A stretch of 64,000 nt of DNA, from the NCBI GenBank assembly GCA_040326155.1, contig JBEQLE010000010.1, positions 9,454 to 73,453 on the forward strand, written 5' to 3'. Positions within the stretch are counted from its first letter, which is position 1. Each line of letters starts with the position of its first letter. Below are positions 60,454 to 64,000 of the stretch, piece by piece. Position numbers and translations under genes: made by a program. Source of the stretch: Leptospirales bacterium (GTDB lineage: Bacteria > Spirochaetota > Leptospiria > Turneriellales > JAOUFE01). A model generated the notes under the pieces. It searched no databases. It was given only the letters and a program-made list of their open reading frames with translations, and was not told the DNA's origin.

Positions 60454-60635
60454 TATATTCTATTCCTTGTTGTTTATTGAGCGGACTGGACTGTGTGTTA
60501 AATTCATTTGCGCTTATTGAACATATTGAAATTGAAATAATATGTCAACCGAATTCTTTTCAAGATAAAGTCAGGGGGGGCTTAGCGCGCCCCTCGCGCC
60601 AACCGCTTCGCGTTTTCTGCTACCCCACGCGTATA

Positions 60636-61232
60636 TTACAACATCCACCCATCTGAAAAACCCATTGACCGAGCGATCTGAACCAGGGGTTTCATTGTAT
60701 CGTCAAGACGTTCGTGAAAATACTCATAGCTCATTAATTGCAGGTTAGCGAGGTTTTTTATTCTCAGCAGATCCATATAGTCCTGTAGCCATTCACCCGT
60801 TTTGTTTTTTTTGCTACTTAGCATTGAACTTAAAGCGTCAAACTGTTGCCTGACAAAAAGATTCATGTAAGTTTTACAATCGGGCAGGCTGTTCGACTTA
60901 GCCTCGTGTACCGCCTTCGTCGTCGGAGTGATGTTCCAAAGCCGATCGTGGCAGACAAAATTCCAGGGCAAAAAGTGGTCTAACGCGAGGTTTTTCTTTG
61001 TAATAATTTCGTCCGAGTAGATACAGCGAATCTCTTTGTTTTGGTGAGAAGACTCTTCGATTACATTGAGCCACTGTTTCCTTACTTTTGTTAAATCTCT
61101 TTTCCCCGGTTTGAATAATTTTTTAGCAAGACTGGGAACGAGCGGATTTTTTTCTTCCAGAAAGCGCAATAGTCCCAGATAAACGCAATCATCCCCTATC
61201 GGACATAGAGGGACATCCGAAATGGCAGTCAC
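60636..61232 (-). CDS. HNH endonuclease domain protein, possibly 5'-truncated
   Basis: CIYS, LDHFLPW...LWNITP...KSNSLP; weak GTG start. Confidence 0.7.
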   Translation of the reverse strand: MTAISDVPLCPIGDDCVYLGLLRFLEEKNPLVPSLAKKLFKPGKRDLTKVRKQWLNVIEESSHQNKEIRCIYSDEIITKKNLALDHFLPWNFVCHDRLWNITPTTKAVHEAKSNSLPDCKTYMNLFVRQQFDALSSMLSSKKNKTGEWLQDYMDLLRIKNLANLQLMSYEYFHERLDDTMKPLVQIARSMGFSDGWML

Positions 61233-61552
61233 ACCGGCTTTTTAACAAAACCGCTTTCCTCAAAACTCTCAATAGCCATATCAATATCCATCCCGTTATC
61301 TTCATAATAAAAACGCGATACAATAGAAAGATTACCATTCTCCAAATTAAGCCTCTTATGACTAATCACAATGTTGATATTGTCAATATGAATCATGTCA
61401 CCGGCGTTTAAGTATTTACAATTATCGTGAACGACTTTCTTGTAAATGGCTTTTGTTTCCTCTAATTTGTCACCGTTTGAATTAGGTTTTGATTGTAGTA
61501 GGTAGACGGTTAATTCTATATTCATGTTTGCAGATACTCCGATTTTATTCAT
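61229..61552 (-). CDS. Hypothetical protein
   Basis: 107 aa ORF overlapping the start of the HNH gene. Confidence 0.55.
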   Translation of the reverse strand: MNKIGVSANMNIELTVYLLQSKPNSNGDKLEETKAIYKKVVHDNCKYLNAGDMIHIDNINIVISHKRLNLENGNLSIVSRFYYEDNGMDIDMAIESFEESGFVKKPV

Positions 61553-61720
61553 ATTGGTGATATGCCAAATCGTATGTAAAGTACTTTGTGATTATTTGAC
61601 TGAAGACAGCGTCTCAAAAATCAATTTTATGTGGCTATATGGGACCATGCTGGTTGGGGTTTAATTAAGGAAGGCGTAATATTATTTGCGTAATTCCGCT
61701 ACGGTCATAGATCATTTAGT

Positions 61721-62083
61721 TCAATTAGACCTAAGTACATTATTTCTTTCATCAACAAAGTAACTAATTTTTGAGATTGCACTAATGAAATTTCTATACC
61801 GTTGATTCTCATTCCAACCTTCTGTATTAATACCATATTTAATTTTTAGCCATCGCCCTGCACTCGCTATACTCCCTTCTACATTCAAATAGCCATCTAT
61901 TTTATGCACGCTATTTTCTTCCTTTAAGGTATCAAGAATAGTCATAGCATTATCACGATTTGATTTAGCAGTGCTTCTGTCCTTTGCTAGATTGAATAAT
62001 TGACCCATTGCTTCAGTTAGATTTATTTTATATCCATTCATAATAAAGCATAATATACTACCCAGTTGACAAGTAAAGGACAA
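61721..62083 (-). CDS. Hypothetical protein
   Basis: Up to 120 aa ORF in AT-rich DNA; start uncertain. Confidence 0.45.
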   Translation of the reverse strand: MSFTCQLGSILCFIMNGYKINLTEAMGQLFNLAKDRSTAKSNRDNAMTILDTLKEENSVHKIDGYLNVEGSIASAGRWLKIKYGINTEGWNENQRYRNFISAISKISYFVDERNNVLRSN

Positions 62084-62459
62084 TTGATTTAGTTTTTAAG
62101 AAAAAAGGGCCACTTACGTACGTAGTGGTTAAGGAAGTTTTGGCGGTTTCCCTATTTTGCTTGCTGCTTTAATTGTTTGCTTTTTAACTTCCTCCAATTC
62201 TATGCCAGTTAATTTCCTACCTTGCTTTTCTTTTATAACTTTTGCGTGATTAGCAAACATAAATTTTTCTATTTTTGTTGTGTACTTTTGTAAGTCTTAT
62301 GTATCACTTGTAAGCTACAATTAAAGCAATTTTTTTTTGATTTAGCTTACCTTTACGAAAATAATTGTCTATATAAGTTGACAAAGGTATATGATTTGTT
62401 ATTACTTGGTAATAGCAATTAAGTGTTGCATTAAATTTTCCGAAAATAAAGAGGTGAAT

Positions 62460-63314
62460 ATGGGCATTTCAAATTACAGAAAAAGCACAGGTGTAGACAG
62501 CTATTTAAAACAAAAAAATCTCGCCCAAGATGCAAAAATAGAAGGTGTAGTAATTCTATTCGACATAGTTAATTCATCTGGCTTAAAAGAATGTAAGCAG
62601 TTTCCAAACTGGATAGAGGACTATACACGGTTTATTGATTTAATTACAAAGCCATTCGCTGACTTAGGTATTGTATGGCATAAATTCCTTGGTGATGCTT
62701 TCATGTTTTTCATTCCAACAAGGCCCGACAAGAAGATCCATAAAGACTTAAAACACATGAGCTTTATTGAAACATATAACCTATGCAAGTTAGTACTCAC
62801 TAATTATTGGTCTGAATATAAAACGTATAGTGAAATAGCAGGGAGAGGCCATTGTAAGCATGATAATTTTCGTGAGATTACGTGTGCAATTGATTACGGC
62901 AAAGACATATTTAACTGGTATCAACTATTAGACGATCAAAGCGAAGATTTTGACCCAATAGGTAAAACTGTTGATCGATGTTTTCGTTATTCTAGTATTG
63001 CAGGAGCAAGCCAATTATTAGTTTCGGAATATTTTTATGAAGAATTGAAAAAGGAAAATAAGTCTAGCAGTATAGATGAATCATTTATTAAAGTTAGTCT
63101 AAAGAACGGTACTTTAAAAGGGTTTGACAATGTTCACAAAGTATATTATTCTGTACCCGATCAAGATATAATTGATTATTATACTAATGATGACAATGTA
63201 AAACTTATTGAACATTCTAAAGCTATGGATGTCAAGGTCAAATTAAAATTGTTGCGATTAAAAAATCAAAAAAATTCGTCTAATACTATGTATGAAGATA
63301 CTAAAAATGATTAA
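62460..63314 (+). CDS. Stand-alone class III nucleotidyl cyclase-like protein
   Basis: RBS GAGGTG; ILFDIVNSS, KFLGDAFM, AIDYG, IGKTVDRCFRYSSIAGASQLLVSE, LKGF. Confidence 0.8.
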   Translation: MGISNYRKSTGVDSYLKQKNLAQDAKIEGVVILFDIVNSSGLKECKQFPNWIEDYTRFIDLITKPFADLGIVWHKFLGDAFMFFIPTRPDKKIHKDLKHMSFIETYNLCKLVLTNYWSEYKTYSEIAGRGHCKHDNFREITCAIDYGKDIFNWYQLLDDQSEDFDPIGKTVDRCFRYSSIAGASQLLVSEYFYEELKKENKSSSIDESFIKVSLKNGTLKGFDNVHKVYYSVPDQDIIDYYTNDDNVKLIEHSKAMDVKVKLKLLRLKNQKNSSNTMYEDTKND

Positions 63315-63858
63315 TATTGACATCCACGAAGCAATTACGCTTTATTTGTTAAATAAAGACGTTAGATATTTATCGCAAACTAAGTGGAATAAGCTTATGT
63401 TCCTTATTGACGGTGCTTATGTTTGTTTAAACGACAAACAGCTCACAACATTTGAATATATCAAATTACCCTATGGCCCGGTGCCAGACAATTATTCAAA
63501 AATAATTAACAAAATGTATTATAACGATATAATTAATAAAAACACAGAGCAAAACTTGTTTGATTCAAAAATAATATTGGAAAAAAATGATCACTTTTCT
63601 GTAAATATGGATTTAGCTAACAATGTCATTGATAACTATGAATCATTGAAATACAACGTAAAAACTATACTGGATAGTGTAGTAAAATTATTTCATGATT
63701 GGACAGCATCCGATTTGTCAGATTTTTCACATGAATTAGATGCATGGAAATTACCAGAAATGTATACACCGATCGATTTGAATACTCTAAAGAGTGATAC
63801 TTTTTTAAATAGTGAATATGGCAATCCAAATCTTGGTAAGTTAGTAATTGAGGGTTAA
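63307..63858 (+). CDS. Panacea (DUF4065/SocA-like) antitoxin
   Basis: TKWNKLMFLID, EYIKLPYGPVP, TASDLSDFSH...W; overlaps the cyclase stop codon. Confidence 0.82.
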   Translation: MINIDIHEAITLYLLNKDVRYLSQTKWNKLMFLIDGAYVCLNDKQLTTFEYIKLPYGPVPDNYSKIINKMYYNDIINKNTEQNLFDSKIILEKNDHFSVNMDLANNVIDNYESLKYNVKTILDSVVKLFHDWTASDLSDFSHELDAWKLPEMYTPIDLNTLKSDTFLNSEYGNPNLGKLVIEG

Positions 63859-64000
63859 ACCGTAGTTCCGAATTATTTTAATTTTTTAGAATTTTTCTTT
63901 GTTTTAATAAGCCTTTTTGGCAATAAAATGAGTAAGATGATGTCTGCTCTGATTGCCACCACTGCCATCTCTGTTGGGGTTATTTTATCGCTCTTTATAG

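Noticed and set aside
62460..63858. Pycsar system call
   Set aside because: The partner is a Panacea-type antitoxin, not a cNMP-binding TM or TIR effector.
63880..64000. Possible 3' end of a minus-strand ORF entering from the right edge
   Set aside because: Only about 37 codons are visible and no motif is recognisable.
1..64000. CRISPR arrays, tRNA/rRNA genes, transposases, integrases, and the many short ORFs overlapping larger genes
   Set aside because: No repeat-spacer array, RNA gene or mobile-element enzyme motif was recognised by eye. The overlapping short ORFs are alternative-frame or antisense shadows of well-supported genes.

Overview
64 kb of a bacterial chromosome, probably a Leptospirales-like spirochaete. 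That assignment is inferred from the lptB-rpoN-hpf-hprK-HPr block, carD-PIN/TRAM-ispD-ispF, a tandem-domain ThyX and an MBL+cNMP phosphodiesterase. Most of the window is housekeeping (hisC, lpxI, radA, dnaG, rpsU, folE, pheST, ispDF, hslO, rpoN, groESL with a CIRCE element). The standout is 584-7275, a candidate RiPP cluster I cannot assign to a known class: two paralogous precursor peptides ending in an identical PAPASW, followed by three tandem paralogous cobalamin-dependent radical SAM enzymes. The precursors lie in a decayed ~0.7 kb tandem duplication that also copied the promoter, a 3' hairpin and the 5' end of a divergent Ser/Thr kinase gene (now a pseudogene). A second candidate system sits in the AT-rich right end: a stand-alone class III nucleotidyl cyclase coupled to a Panacea/DUF4065-type antitoxin. 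Also present are a frameshifted DUF5615 toxin beside an intact DUF433 antitoxin, a perfect 38-bp palindrome, dispersed G-run/C-run hairpins and an HPF with a duplicated C-terminal domain. All calls come from reading motifs; no searches were run.
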